Source: Eledone cirrhosa (Eukaryota). Taken from it: DNA of 64,000 bases. Where the stretch lies: NCBI GenBank assembly GCA_964016885.1, contig OZ024751.1, forward strand, positions 6,572,001-6,636,000. The letters are read 5' to 3'. The first letter of the stretch is position 1. Each line of letters starts with the position of its first letter. Of the stretch, positions 26,670-38,981 are shown piece by piece. The position numbers and the translations under genes are program-made. Below the pieces are notes generated by a model. That model was not told the origin of the DNA and did no database searches. It was given only the letters and a program-made list of their open reading frames with translations.

Positions 26670-27517
26670 ATTACAAGACGGCGGTAACTACGGCGGAGTA
26701 AGTTAGTTGAATTTTTATGAGTTATCGAAAGTTCTATATAATAATTTTTACATCGGTGTGTAGTTAAAGAACCCCTCTGACAAAGGAGGTGGTTTTTTTC
26801 AACTGTATCTCGCGTCCTTGAGGGCTAAATTTGCTTTTATTTATAATCATAAACCCAAAATGTTGTTTAAAAAAAAACATGGCGGACAAAAGAAATTGAC
26901 CACAGAGAGGAACAGCTACTTGTTCGGAGGGTGGAACAGCCAGTTCAACCCAATCACAAGGCAAAGAAAAAAACAAGAGAAACAGCAGCAGCAGCGACAG
27001 TGACAGTGGTAGTGACAACAGCAGCAGCAGCCACTGGAACAGTTGTAGCTGTTGGTTTGAATCACGGTGGCTTAAATCTTGTGAATTTAGTAGCGATCCT
27101 GTGTCTGCAGAAAATTGACCTTTCTATTTTGTTGTTGAGTAGCCTTTTATCGTTCCTAAGGATATACAGTAATTTAAGGTCGCAGAGCCTACAATAGTAC
27201 ATACCGGTACTGTATGCTCTTGCGGCCGACAACCTCGACCAGTTGATATTGTAGTCGATGTTTTTGTCCTTAAGTTCCCAGATTTTCTTGGCGAGGGTTG
27301 TAGAACGAATTAGTGCACGTTTCTTCATCAAATGTCTGTGCACATACCATCTTTTTTTAAACGTACCCGCGGTGGCTCCAATGTAATGCCAAGTGGAGTT
27401 TCCCGAGTTCACCGTGCACATGTACACTAGGCTCGAATCAAGGCACCTGTTCGCCAATGGGCACCTATCTGGTAGGTGACAATTGCAGTTTGAGGTGTTA
27501 TTCCGTACAGTTTCCAC
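26670..27517 (-). mobile_element. Naiad-type PLE 3' fragment (GIY-YIG ORF end 27062-27517 plus 3' UTR)
   Basis: CNC..CPLANRCLDSSLVY...YIGATAGTFKKRW...STTLAKKIWELK...CRLC...LLN...CRH: the Cys-rich Naiad-style endonuclease. Confidence 0.85.
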
Positions 27518-27529
27518 ACTGCTGTTTTG

Positions 27530-27631
27530 CTATAAGTAGCAAACTCTAGACCTACCAGTTCAGAGAAACAATTGTCAGCAATGTTAATAAAGCCCTTATT
27601 GTATAGCAAACCATGTTTCTCATCTTTCTTG
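27530..27631 (+). mobile_element. Family O fragment with HHR 3' half
   Basis: CTCTAGAC...GAAA-CAATTG-TC^AG...AATAAAGCCCTTATTGTA.AGC.AACCATGTT matches the reverse complement of 53835-53915; ends in (TA)n. Confidence 0.7.
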
Positions 27632-27671
27632 ATATATATATATATATACATATCTATATATGTATATATAT

Positions 27672-27800
27672 AAATAATATTAATAAATGGAAACTATATT
27701 TATAAAAACATATTTATTCTGTTATATATATTTCAAGGGTACCAAAACTTTGGTACGCCCTAATCAGATAAAATACAAATTTTGTTTTATAAATAGTGAC
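27672..27800 (-). mobile_element. Family H fragment
   Basis: Matches 2817-2885 and 30951-31060; minus strand CTGATTA-GGGCGTACC-AAA. Confidence 0.7.
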
Positions 27801-28109
27801 ATACCAGGAATCAGACCTTAACGGTTCAAGTTCCGTCTGGATAATGAAAGGAAAGAGGGAAAAAGGGAAGAAAGGAAAAATCAAATATTTAAAATTATTT
27901 TGATGAATGTGCAAATGAATTCGAAGCGTAGGGAAGTAAACAACGTTATTTTTAGACGCTAGGTAGATTTAAATAATGAGTAGGATATATATATATATGT
28001 AGGAAGAAGAAAGAGAAGCTTATATTTAAATTGTTACATTATACGTGAATTTAAAAATTGAAACGTTAAAAATTAAAAGTTTGTTGAAATATATATATAT
28101 GTATGTATA

Positions 28110-28361
28110 TAACTTAACTTTGATAACTGTGATAGGTTTCGGTCAGTATTGGCCCAGGCCATGTCTAACTTAATAGCACCAACTAGCGAAGTCTTTCAAA
28201 TCAGGATTTGGGCATCGTGGCCTACTGAGGCAGAGAGTTACTGTTTACGGAGTCGAATCCGGCATTTCTTGAAGGAATTTGTCCAAAGTCTTCTGGAACT
28301 TGATGGGGTCTGTTTCTCTTTATAATGTGATTTTGGTGTAATGTTAAGGAGAGCGGGGCCA
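28110..28361 (-). mobile_element. CR1/L2-like LINE 3' end fragment
   Basis: Frameshifted GPALLNITPK..KETDPIKFQKTLDKFLQEMPD resembles CR1-group ORF2 C-termini. Confidence 0.55.
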
Positions 28362-28416
28362 AATATTTATATATATATATACATATATATATATACATAT
28401 TTATATGTATGTATAT

Positions 28417-28463
<47 letters not shown>

Positions 28464-28464
28464 T

Positions 28465-28924
28465 ATTATAAAGAAAACGAAAAATCAGTGATATCATCTG
28501 GACTTAGTTTATTTCCTGTTACAAATGTTTCGCCGGCATGTAGCTCGAGTCATGGTCCTTGTATGGATCTGGCTGATTCTACTTCTGCGGGTTCTTTCAG
28601 ACACGGGTGTTATGTCCGGAGCAAATTTTATCACGTGTGATAAAGTGATAATATTTATCACGTGTGATAGAGTGATAAAATTTGCTCCGGACATAACACC
28701 CGTGTCTGAAAGAACCCGCAGAAGTAAAATCAGCCAGATCCATGCAAGGACCATGACTCGAACTACATGCCTGCGAAACATTAGTAACACGAAATAAACT
28801 AAGTCCAGATGCATCACTGAATTTTCGTTTTCTTTATAATATATACACTCTACTCTGATGAATATCGAGTGCTAATTTTGGCATACCGCCTACGGAACCA
28901 CCATAGCTACCACTATACACAAAC
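28465..28924. mobile_element. Tail-out fold-back of family B with two HHR copies
   Basis: 28465-28634 is the reverse complement of about 28672-28842; TA at both ends; HHRs at 28515-28605 (-) and 28701-28791 (+). Confidence 0.88.
28701..28791 (+). ncRNA. Type I HHR with 61-nt stem II (family B)
   Basis: CGTGT-CTGAAAGA-[61 nt]-GAAA-CATTAG-TA^ACACG; perfect stem I, 8-nt core. Confidence 0.7.
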
Positions 28925-28937
28925 ATATATATTTATA

Positions 28938-30916
28938 TTTAAAAGAACAAACGTGGTGTGTATTTGCTGGATAAGGTGTACTTATAAAAAGAGCGAAGCA
29001 AGAACGGGAGAAACTTTTCCTTCATTAGTTGTTTCCAGGGGGTCTTGCTCATTTCAACGCATTAAAGACAATATGTATTACACCAGGGCGTCAGTAAATC
29101 AAGAATGTTATTGGGAAAAAATGGAAAGAGAGAGAGAAAAATAGGAACAGAAGGGAAGAGTGAAGAAAAAGGAAAAAACAGCGAAAAAAAACGGGGAGCA
29201 ACACACCGAAGATGGAATCCTGAAGCAGATGTGTGTGAGGAACTGGAAGAGAGAGAAAAATTAAAGTCAACATCAGTTACTGAACATAAGTCCGAGATTG
29301 GTGTGGAAGAGAAAAAAACACGTCTGATCTCCACAAGAGTAAGTGAGAAAGAGACAGCTAGAGGAGCAGGCGAGAGAAAGAGTGAGGTGGCTAGCAGAGA
29401 GATGGAGAGTGAAAGTGAGAGGGAGAAAGTGGGGGAGAAAAAAGATGGGGAAAAGTTGATAGCACCAAAATAGATAGAGAGAAAGTGAGAACACGTCACA
29501 GCAAAACTTGATACAAATTTAAGAATAAACGGGCTGTGTGGTTGCTGCATAAGTTATACTTAGAAAAAGAGGAAAGCAAGAGCGGGAGAAAGTTTTCCTT
29601 CATATATATAAATATATATATACCTCCGGCTGGTGCGAGCAACGGCTAAAAAAAGTCGTTGGGACACGTAAATAAAGGGGACAGCAAGAGTGTAAACAAA
29701 CAAAGATGGTGAAGCAACGAAAAGTGAAGAAGAACGAGTCAAGTCCCAAATTTCCATGAATATAAGTTCGGTGAAATCGTGAACGAGAGAGAATAAAGAC
29801 CATCAAACCTGGTTGGAATGCGAGCAAGGAAGGAATTCCGTACAGGTCTAACGGGAGGAAGAAGGAATCTAGTCTGTGAATTCGGTGAACATAAGTTCTG
29901 TGAAATCGTAGACGAGAGAGAAAAAAGGTGAACCAGCCCGACCAAGCGTGCGAAAGAAAAGAATTACGCACAGTTCAAACGGGAAGAAGGAGGAGGAGGA
30001 GAGGTAGTAACAGAGAGTGAGTGAGTGAAGCGTGAGGAAGAGGCTAACAGAGAGAGTGACTGTTAGAGAGGGTAAAGATACAGAGAAAGAGGAAGCAGTA
30101 AGAACAAAATAGACGGGTCACAGCGGGGGGAAAAATATATGTAAAAATGAGAATAAACGTGCTGCGTGGTTGCAAAAGGGTTACATATGAATAAAGTGGT
30201 CCTTCATCAGTGATCTTCCAACCATCACAGGTATAACTTCGCTTTAAAGACCATATACCTCCGGTTGGTGCGTGCAACGGCTAAAAAAGTCGTTGGGACA
30301 CGTAAATAAAGGGGACAGCGAGAGTGTAAACAAACAAAGATGGTGAAGCAACGAAAAGTGAGGAAGAACGAGTCAAGTCCCAAATTTCCATGAATATAAG
30401 TTCGGTGAAATCGTGAACGAGAGAGAATAAAGACCATCAAACCTGGTTGGATGTGAGCAAGGAAGGAATTCCGTACAGGTCTAACGGGAGGAAGAAGGAA
30501 TCTAGTCTGTGAATTTATCTGTATCTTTACCCTCTCTAACAGTCACTCTCTCTGTTAGCCTCTTCCTCACCCTTCACTCACTCACTCTCTGTTACTACCT
30601 CTCCTCCTCGTCCTCCTTCTTCCCGTTTGACCTGTGCGTAATTATTTTCTTTCGCACGCTTGGTCAGTCTGGTTCGCCTTTTTTCTCTCTCTCGTCTACG
30701 ATTTCACAGAACTTATGTTCACCGAATTCACAGACTAGATTCTTCCTAACTTTTCGTTGCTTCACCATCTTTTTTATGTTTACACTCTCGCTGTCCCCTT
30801 TATTTACGTGTCCCAACGACTTTTTTTTAGCCGTTGCTCGCACCAACCGGAGGTATATGGTCTTTAAAACGAAGAAAAAAAACCTGTGATGGTTGGAAGA
30901 TCACTGATGAAGGACC

Positions 30917-30921
<5 letters not shown>
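28938..30921. repeat. Composite tandem plus inverted non-coding repeat, family K
   Basis: 29622-29882 is directly repeated at 30257-30515; 30518-30921 is inverted relative to 29865-30082 and 30190-30365; TA flanks. Confidence 0.8.
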
Positions 30922-30950
<29 letters not shown>

Positions 30951-30956
<6 letters not shown>

Positions 30957-31389
30957 ATATTAACAAATGGAAACTATATTTATAAAACCATATTTAACTC
31001 ATTATACATATTTCAAGGCCACCAAGGCAAACTTTGGTGCGCTTTCATCAAATAAAATATAATTGTTTCTACTTTAGGCATAAGGCCAGTAATTATCCAG
31101 TGCATTACTGGTACTTTATTTTATCGACCCCGTAAGGATGAAAGGCAAAGTCAACCTCGGCGGCATTTGAACTCAGATCGTAAAGGGACGTAACTATGCT
31201 GGAAAGCATGGCGTCCGACTCTGCCAATCCACCAATATTGACATACCCTGAAAAAATGCAACCATTCTGGTTGGAATCTACATTTGTTAATATATTGTAT
31301 ATTTACTCCAATAATTTGTTGAATGCTTTATATCAGTTATAAAAATATTTTGCTTGTTGTATCCCAAAAAATTAAATATAACCTCTACA
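30951..31389. mobile_element. Family H fold-back interrupted by a SINE
   Basis: Left arm 30951-31060 (-), right arm 31281-31389 (+, reverse complement of 2722-2832); TA at both ends. Confidence 0.7.
31059..31231 (-). mobile_element. OK-like SINE
   Basis: Reverse-complement match including the B box. Confidence 0.85.
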
Positions 31390-31406
31390 TATATATATAT
31401 ATATAT

Positions 31407-31493
<87 letters not shown>

Positions 31494-32139
31494 CGTGTAT
31501 GTTTGCACGTATGTATGTTGTGTCTACGTGTACAGAGGGCTTTGGTATATGTACGTTTGTAGGTATGTGTGTGTATGTGTGTTATATATGCATTTATGCA
31601 TGTATATTTATATATGTATATATAATTATATGTATACACACACATATATATATATATATGTGCGTTTGGTATATACCTTCGTATATGTGCGGGTATGTGT
31701 GTCGCTCCGGATTTACGTACGTGCGTGCGTGTTTATGTGTATCTGCATGTATATGTACGTACGGCGTGCGTTTTTGCGTATGCACGTGTGTGTACTATAT
31801 AGATATGTATATGTATATATTTAATCATTTTTACTTTTATGATTTTAATAACCTCTGTCATTTTCGTTGAAAATATTTTTTACATTATTCTTAACTCCGA
31901 AGCCGAGGTTCATTCGATTTCCTAAATAGAATATTAGTCTCCATTTATACCATAAATGTGGTTCTATCTTTGCGTATAATTGTTCTTGTCGTCCCACATA
32001 ACGACGTAATTATCTTCGCTTTTTTCCGTTTATTACTAGGAAACGTCTTCACAAACCAAAGTATCGTCTTCTTGTTTTCCCTCGGTTGCAACGTTTTTCG
32101 AAATATTTACTTCTGCGTTCACAGATTGACTTTTTTTAG

Positions 32140-32278
32140 TTTCAAAAATCCCGTTAAGAGTGAAAGCACGATTCTATGCTTAAACGTTAATCTGTTATTT
32201 TAATAAATATTTGTTCTATGGTTCTTATATATTTGATATATATTTATGCTTATCGAGCCCTCTTCGGATTTTAGTCTT
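32140..32278 (+). mobile_element. Family F 3' end (decayed HHR-like motif)
   Basis: Reverse complement of 54838-54963; CAAAAA-TCCCGTTAAGAGT-GAAA-GCACGATTC. Confidence 0.7.
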
Positions 32279-33421
32279 CATCTAAGTAATCTACGCTAGT
32301 GAAGTTGGTAGCTACTTTTACCCTAAGTACTAACTCATTAAAAATAGAAATTAAACTTTTTTAAAACGGTCCAGGTCGTGACCAATTTTATGTCTTGATA
32401 AGGTCAGATCATCGTCGCCGTATAATCTAATATATCTAAAATAAATAAGCCAACCAAGTCGTATACTTCAGCACTAACGATTGATTCCATTGAGACGTCG
32501 AATTGTTCTGAAGTGGTTGATTTCTTTGTCCAGGCTACTCCATTATTGAAGAGGAGGGTTTTCCGGCAATATGCGATGATCTCACTGTCTAAATTATAGA
32601 TGGTAGTGTAAGTGGTAGCAAAGTCCAACGCTTTGTTCAACAGTGTCACTGAGATTGACGGGTAAAAATCCACAATGTCGAATTGCATGAACTTCGCCTT
32701 TTTAGAGTTGAAAGAGTTAAACCACTTAATGACGGAGCCGCTGTTCCCTACTGGGGCAGGTTGGACTTGGTCCTAATGGTCTTAACAGTGCTCCTAATGA
32801 TAGCCTTACTGACTAGTCCTATCTCCATGCGTGTGGGTTTAGTAGTCTATACGTGGGATTAGAAGTAAAGTCTACCTTGTCATCCTTCAAGGTGAGAAAT
32901 GCCTCACTCTTAGCTAAGCATTGGAGTTTCTTATCTACCTTAAGGTTGGCAGCAAAGTCTTTAGTTTTTGTATTAATGTCGTGGTAGGCCGTGGGGTTAG
33001 CCTTCCTATATTTAGAGCTTATTGCGTTACGTGCCAAGTGGTTGTAAGCAGTGTTGTTGACCTCATAAATATTATTAGTTTTATCAGAAAAAACGAAAGT
33101 GTTATTGGAAGACCTAAATTTCCAAATGTCATTTCTAAGCTTGTTTTGGAAGGTGCTAGAGTGTTTGTGAAAGGAAATCTTAGCGACTAAGTCAAGAAGG
33201 TCCGCTTCTAAAGGAACGAATTCAATTACCTTAGGAGGGTAGGCTCTCGATTTCAGGTTGAATAAGTTATTGGTTCCTGTAATGTTAACATCAAAAGCTA
33301 GGGCTCACCATCTTAAGTGTTTGACGACATCTTCCGCTTTTTGTAGGAGAAACTTTGAGTAAATATGGTTGGAGAGAGTGGGAATATTCTTCAGCGAGTA
33401 ATCCAGTTCGTACAAATCCAT
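32278..33421 (-). pseudogene. Naiad-type PLE ORF, N-terminal domain plus RT (stops and frameshifts)
   Basis: DYSLKNIP..KAEDVVKHLRW*, FQNKLRNDI, FSDKTNNIY, AFLTLKDDKVDF..NPTYRLLNP, QFDIVDFYPSI, FDVSM..AEVYDLVGLFIL, LYGDD, VDYLD. Confidence 0.9.
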
Positions 33422-33638
33422 TCTAACGTTGGTGAGATACAAAGTTGTGTAAGACACGAGGATATAGAGAGCGCTCCCAGGGTAGAAAGCCAAACTTCCA
33501 CGTGGTGAAAAGAATCAGAAGACCGGTGCTGGAGACGTGTATAATAGTAGAACACTGGAGGGTTATATCCGTAGTAGTAGAGCACTCAGTCCATGGGTAA
33601 GTTTGGTAGATGTAGTTCCACAACAGTTAGTTCACCAT

Positions 33639-33681
33639 ACCGGGAACAAATGTTTTATCTTAAGTGGATCTTCAGCTCGGT
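33639..33681 (-). ncRNA. Minimal type I HHR in the Naiad pLTR (G12A mutant)
   Basis: ACCGAG-CTGAAGA-TCCACTTAAGAT-AAAA-CATTTG-TT^CCCGGT; the paralog near 7057 keeps GAAA-CAATTG-TT^CTCGGT. Confidence 0.75.
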
Positions 33682-33848
33682 CTGAGTGGATTTGTGCGGA
33701 AAAGGAAAAACAACCGTATGAATATGCATGCGCAGAAATGGTCACTTCTAGGCGATTTAATCCCACGGTCAAACGGTGTAAGGAATATAACTGCGAATGT
33801 CCGGAATATATTATTCGATTTGATCAGAATATTAGAATGTTGAGTTAT

Positions 33849-34172
33849 TCAATTTGGATCTTTGTAATTATTCAAAAGTTGTTTCCAGACGTGTGGAGAA
33901 CTTGAAAAAAGCCCAGTTCTTGAATTTAGACAATCGTCACTGCATAAACTTCTTAGGATATTGATCCTTTCTTTAATGCACAATCCACAGGAGGGATTAC
34001 CTCGCACGTATGGCTTGGAGTTATTGATAGCTTTCCACTGGATGGAGTAATCTATGTCTGAGTCTTTGAGGGACCACACGTGGTTCGCTGGTTTCGTGAA
34101 CGTTCGTTTGTCCGAGTATCTAAAGGTCGACTGATGGTTAAGGAAGAGTTCCTTAAACTGGCCCTCTGCCAT
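33849..34172 (-). pseudogene. GIY-YIG C-terminal part within the pLTR
   Basis: (CVG)MAEGQFKELFLNHQSTFR...NHVWSLKD...IQW...KPY..CGLCIKE...LNSR; similar to 27062-27517. Confidence 0.85.
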
Positions 34173-34370
34173 ACCTACACAGGATTTAACCTCTTATCTA
34201 TAAAATAAAAATAAAAATATATATATATATATAACATTTATGTTTATATATATATATATTCATATCTATATAAAATACACATACACATACACACACACAT
34301 AACATACACACACACACACACACACGTGTATATGTATATATATATATATACATATATACTTATATATACA

Positions 34371-35286
34371 CTAGAAATGGTACCCGACGTTGCACGGGAT
34401 AACGTATTTTGGAACGCGGGCCGCCAATAGACCTAATCTTGGAAAAACTGCATGCCTGGACAATATGTAAAAAAAATAAAACGAATACTCTGATGGTTGG
34501 ATAATCTTTAAGATTTTCCTCGATGAAGCAGAAAAAATGCAGGTTTTCACCTAAGGGATCAAGAAAATGAATTTTTTTTATGTGCATAATATGCCTTGAA
34601 ATTTCGGGGAAATCGGCTAGACGTAACGCATTCCACGAAGCCCTAAGAAGCTGAAAAAGTGAAGTTTTTCACCTAATGCGGGCCCTAGGCCATAAGAAAG
34701 TTGGATTTTCTTTGCTTACGGTAGGAAGTAGAGACTGACTAATACATAGTTGCAATTTCAAGCAAATCGGTCTGACGTAACGCCGCAAAAAATCCTAAAA
34801 TGTTAAAAAACGCAGTTTTTCACCTAATGGAGATAACAAAGTTGGATTTGCAGAACGCTCCCTGAAACATAAGTAATACACATGTAAAGTTTGAAAAAAA
34901 TCGGTTGGTTACTTCTCGAGTTTTAGGGATTCAAATTCACAGACACACATACACACACACACATACACACACACGCACACACACACACACATACATCCCC
35001 AGGGGAGTGACCTAATGCATACAGTCAGACATACAGACATATATTATAAGGGGGCGACGTTATAAGTATGTATCTATCTAACAAGAGAAAGACTAAGAAT
35101 TATAGAACGAGATGGCTAAATCGCCTAATCCGGTCCCTAGGGCATATAAAATTTCCTCAGAACACTCCCTGAAACATAAGTATTACATGTGTACAGTTTG
35201 AAAACAGTCGGTTGGGTAGTTCTCGAGTTTTAGGGTTTCGAACTCACACACACACAGACAGACATCATCAGTTTTATATATATAGA
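34371..35286 (-). mobile_element. Non-autonomous Helitron-like element
   Basis: Minus strand starts TCTATATATATAAAA...(GTCT)n and ends CCCGTGCAACGTCGGG hairpin...CTAG, inserted between A and T; internal duplication 34850-34960/35160-35260. Confidence 0.75.
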
Positions 35287-35881
35287 TAACAAATACATAA
35301 TATATACAGTAAATATATATTTAAAACATTGCCATTCATAGACGACATTTTTTGCGCTCCAACAAACGTATTTCTACGCCATTAACTTCATATTTTTAAC
35401 GAATATTATTTTAACCATTTCTATCATTTCTGAGTCGTTTCGAATTTGAGATCAAGAAACCTATTTCGTTACTAGATCATTGCAATAGTTATTGATTTTA
35501 TTAAATAGTTCTCTTGTTACATTGAAGGAGCATGTGACACATAAAAAATAGTTTTCTTTTTAAATAAATACTTCTATAAGATTTCTTTTATCTTGAATAT
35601 CGTCAGGCCTTCCCGACATGTCTAAGAAACTAAAACTGCAGTATCTTATATCACATAAGACGTTGTTGGAAAAAAATTTCATTTCTTACGCAAGTGGCAT
35701 GCCACTAAAAACCAGAAATACTTACACACACACAGACACACACACACATATATGTGTGTGTGTGTGTGTTTGTGTGCCTATATATATATTTGGATTTATA
35801 GTTGTATAAATCATATATATATACGCATGAGTATATATATATATATATATAGTGACGAAACATAAGTCAATTCCTTTATTT

Positions 35882-35937
35882 ACTGCTATATATATTTCGA
35901 TGATAGCCATTGAATGGCTATGACCTCATCAGGCAGT
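35882..35937 (-). ncRNA. Type I hammerhead ribozyme (family Q)
   Basis: ACTGC-CTGATGA-GG TC ATAGCCA TTCAA TGGCTAT CA TC-GAAA-TATATA-TA^GCAGT. Confidence 0.85.
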
Positions 35938-36068
35938 TACTCAGTTCTTAGATATGCAAGCTCTGTGTTTATAGTGTTGATGGTATCAGAGTCTTGGGAC
36001 ATATATATATATATCGTTTCTGAATTTGTTTAGCAAGATTCTTTATCTGAAAACGTGTGATGAAACCG

Positions 36069-36493
36069 ATATTGTTATACTTTGGGAAGGTCATGTTGCC
36101 AATAAGAAACACACGCACCAGCTATTTCACTTCAATTTATTATAAATTAAGTTTATAAATTTAGGAATTTATAAATTTCCGGTTGGTTGGTTGGTTCCAC
36201 AACCAGACGATTGTTCGTATATTGTCAAAGTTCTTTCGTCACACATTATGTGACCTCTTCAGTGACTGGGGATTCTTTTCTTTGTTTTTGTGCCTCTCCT
36301 TTGTTCTGTCCTACGCCATCTTGTTTTTGTGTGACGAAAGAACTTTGACAATATACGAACAATCGCCTGGTTGTGGAACCAACCAACCGGAAATTTATAA
36401 ATTCCTAAATTTATAAACTTAATCTATAATAAATTGAAGTGAAAGCAGTTGGTGCGTGTGTTTCTTATTGGCAACATGACCCTCCCAAAGTAT

Positions 36494-36500
<7 letters not shown>
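36069..36500. mobile_element. Non-coding tail-out fold-back of the family A2 3' end
   Basis: Arms 36069-36245 and 36328-36500 are reverse complements and match 19420-19592. Confidence 0.9.
36224..36266 (-). ncRNA. Minimal type I HHR, intact core (family A2)
   Basis: GTCA-CTGAAGA-G GTCACA TAATG TGTGAC-GAAA-GAAC-TT^TGAC. Confidence 0.85.
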
Positions 36501-36559
<59 letters not shown>

Positions 36560-36580
36560 GTATATGTATAAATATATATG

Positions 36581-36631
<51 letters not shown>

Positions 36632-36644
36632 GTATATATATATA

Positions 36645-38365
36645 AGGCGGGTAAAAATCCCGAGATCCATGGACGAGTTCTCTCCAGCGGTCTCTGTCCC
36701 TCATTATCGGTGCCATGTCCTGCGTCTCACACAGACCAGTGTCTGTCCTTAGGGCATCAACATACGTTAACCTTGGTCTTCCTCTTCTAGTGTGTCCATG
36801 TAGGGGCTCCCACAGGAGCACTGAGTGCAATGTCAACTCTGGATGTCGGTGAGCATGTCCAGTTAAGCTCAGTCTCCTCTGTGTCACTTTTGAGCTGACA
36901 TTTGGGATGCTCCCACACATCTCTGAGTTTTTCATCCTCAGTGTATACTGATTAATGTTCAGAGCCATCCTCAGCATTCTCGTGTAGCACCCATCCACCA
37001 TCTGAGTGATTTTCTTGGTCAGTGTCCAAGTCTAAGTCCCATACAGCAGCACAGACTCCACTACGGCAATGAAGAGGCGGATTTTCAGGTCTTTACAAAG
37101 GTCCGACTTCCACACGAATCTCAAGCTGTGGCACGCCGCCCAGGCTTTGCTCTTCCTCTCAACCACATCATCTTCCGTATTCCCAATCTTTGCTCCCAAA
37201 TAGAGGTAGCCCTCTACCAATTCTAGCGGCTTCCCGCCTACCTAGGTGATCCCCTTGGCTTCTTAACATTCTCTACCAGATATTTTGTTTTAGTCTCATT
37301 CATTCTCAGCCCCACACTCATCGACACAGTCTCAACCTTCCGCATCAAATCCTCTGCCTCCTTCACTGTATTTGTCACCAAAACTATGTCGTCGGCAAAT
37401 TCAGAATCCGATACCTTTTTCGCCTTAACTCTCCTGCTCTGAGCCGGTGCTACAGTAAAGCCAGAGTCCTGGTGTTTCTCCAGTGCAAGACGCATACAAT
37501 AGTACACTACGATGATAAAAAGTTAGGGAGCAAATGTATCTCCCTGGAGCACTCCAGCCAGTATCTCAAAGAACTCTGTCATCCCATCAGGTGTAATGAC
37601 TTGGGCTTTGGTGTTGGTGTAGAGCAGTGATATCAGGTCCACTATCTTCTTGGGGATTCCATAAGCCTGTAACATCTTCATCAGGCAGTAACAGTCCACA
37701 GAATCAAAGGCCTTCCTAAAGTCAATGAAAACCATGACCGCAGGAAGGCACTTTGCTCTATCTCCCTCTAATATCCTCCTCAGCATCAGGATGTGACTGG
37801 TGGTTGATCTTCCTTCTCTGAAGCCCTTCTGGTTGTCCCTGAGCTTCTTCTCCATCTCAGGTTGGATCCTGTTAAGAATCATCCTGTTGAGGCTCTTTGC
37901 CACAAGTGACGTCAGTGAGATCCCCCTGTAGTTGTTGCTGTTAGAGAGATCTCCCTTCTTTGGCACTGGGACGATGTTACTGATCATCCACTGATTCGGG
38001 TCAACTCCTTTCTCCAGTGCCCGGTTACAGAACCCCAGGATAATATCATCAAAATCACACCTTTTCATCACCTCTGATGCCACTCCATCTTCTCCATGAG
38101 CCTTGCCCTCCTTGATCCTCTTCTTGGCTCTCTGGAGCTCCTCTCTGGTGAAGAGCCCTGTCTCAACATCCAGTTCCTCAAACAGCCGCCTGATCTCCCC
38201 AGTGCTATGGGCTGTGGAGGGTGGCTCTCCTAGTAGGGTCCTAAAATGGTCTAGCCATTTCCTCTTCCTATCCTCGGGATAGGAAGGATCTGACTCGAAC
38301 ACCATCTCTTCCTCCCTGTGATCTCGTTGATGATCATCCAGCTCTCCTTACATCCAGATCTGTCA
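36645..38365 (-). mobile_element. RTE-clade LINE, 5'-truncated RT pseudogene
   Basis: [78 protein letters not shown]; several stops; 3' end in (TA)n. Confidence 0.92.
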
Positions 38366-38403
38366 AATCTCTCTCTCTCTCTCTCTCTCTCGCTCTCTCT
38401 CTC

Positions 38404-38436
<33 letters not shown>

Positions 38437-38446
38437 ATACGTATTG

Positions 38447-38505
<59 letters not shown>

Positions 38506-38894
38506 TATATATATATATATGAATATATATATATGTATGAATATATATTTATGTATGAATATATATTTATGAATATATATGTATGAATGTATATATGTAG
38601 CATAGTTTGAGAGAGTATAAAATATAAAATAAAGCGATTCTGACTTCGTGGTGTTATAAATGTTACCGATATTGGCGAGAACAATTCATTGCATTATCTA
38701 AAATGAAATGTGTAATGTGCGATAAATTGGTCATAAATATAATATTTCTGTATAACTCTATAGAGATGAAGCTGTGAAATCATGTATGTTATAGAGTGTT
38801 AACACGTCAACTCATATAAGAACTAATCATTACATAATAAAATGTCTACCAAAATATATTTAGGTCAAGCTCAACGTAATTTTCAAATAGAATT

Positions 38895-38981
<87 letters not shown>

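Larger units (their letters stand above)
32278..34190 (-). mobile_element. Naiad-type Penelope-like retroelement with upstream pseudo-LTR, 3' part lost
   Basis: Order on the minus strand: GIY-YIG tail (34172-33849), 3' UTR, HHR (33681-33639), ATG at 33421, N-terminal domain and RT. Confidence 0.9.

Noticed and set aside
33305-33307. In-frame TGA in the Naiad ORF as possible selenocysteine (reported for some Naiads)
   Set aside because: It falls where a basic residue is expected (RW[R/K]A), so CGA>TGA decay is simpler. The copy has other lesions and I see no SECIS.
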